From Candidatus Nanosyncoccus sp. (GTDB lineage Bacteria; Patescibacteriota; Saccharimonadia; Saccharimonadales; Saccharimonadaceae), in assembly GCA_045593145.1 (NCBI GenBank), contig JAZNWC010000013.1, positions 1 to 59,567 of the forward strand: a stretch of DNA of 59,567 bases. Direction: 5' to 3'. Position numbers and translations under genes: made by a program. This document shows positions 59,416 to 59,567 of the stretch, piece after piece. The notes beneath the pieces were generated by a model, which worked only from the letters and a program-made list of their open reading frames with translations, was not told where the DNA came from and did no database searches. The stretch's first letter is position 1. Each line of letters begins with the position of its first letter.

Positions 59416-59567
59416 TTAAAAATTCACAAGTTTCCATTTTTGGTTATCACCGCCATGTTTTGTAAAAATATTCACAAAACCCGTAGATAACGATGCATCC
59501 AACACTTTGCTAGAACATCTGGATATAATAGTAAAATACCCCTCGTCGTCTTTTTCTAGAAGCCAAT
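59416..59567 (-). CDS. 3' end of a gene with a ricin-type beta-trefoil (QxW) lectin repeat (partial)
   Basis: Minus frame WLLEKDDEGYFTIISRCSKVLDA...GGDNQKWKLVNF*, stop at 59416-59418. Confidence 0.7.
   Translation of the reverse strand, partial: WLLEKDDEGYFTIISRCSSKVLDASLSTGFVNIFTKHGGDNQKWKLVNF

Noticed and set aside
1..59567. CRISPR array, retron, DGR or rRNA genes
   Set aside because: No regularly spaced 25-45 bp repeats, no reverse-transcriptase or cas ORFs and no rRNA-like stretch seen; nearly all space is accounted for by protein genes
1..59567. Alternative genetic code (UGA=Gly, as in Gracilibacteria/Absconditabacteria)
   Set aside because: Conserved genes are full length under code 11, and TGA ends genes at expected positions (e.g. 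hsdS 5183-5185)

Overview
Bacterial chromosomal window using the standard genetic code. It is most likely Candidatus Saccharibacteria (TM7, Patescibacteria); this is inferred from the VirB4/PrgI/VirB6/multi-pilin cluster, the compact gene packing and the pervasive leaderless promoters. (1) 1-~12.07 kb is the right part of an integrated defence island. It carries a DpnD/PcfM-like gene, a Type I (EcoR124/IC-like) R-M locus arranged hsdM - unknown PD-(D/E)xK-like ORF - hsdS - Fic - hsdR, a Zn-ribbon ORF, a small unannotated ORF and a large serine recombinase whose reading frame runs antisense into tRNA-Lys(CTT). The hsdS has three TRDs, a (GA)12 tract followed at once by stops in both other frames, and a 12-bp spacer repeat. 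fic-hsdR lie behind a separate promoter carrying two matching palindromic operators. (2) 12.1-41.7 kb is host backbone: tspO, rny, dnaJ and groES/EL with CIRCE operators, a T4SS-like cluster with four pilin genes, hsp20, comF, tRNA-Ser(GCT), uvrA and a CotH kinase. Both tRNA genes abut unexplained structured elements that share sequence with the tRNA ends. (3) 41.7-59.6 kb is a surface-glycan locus: wzm/wzt, a GacIJKL-like side-chain module, rmlACBD, several glycosyltransferases, WbsX-RgpF and DUF616 proteins, and a partial ricin-lectin gene. All calls come from motif reading only; no database searches were run.
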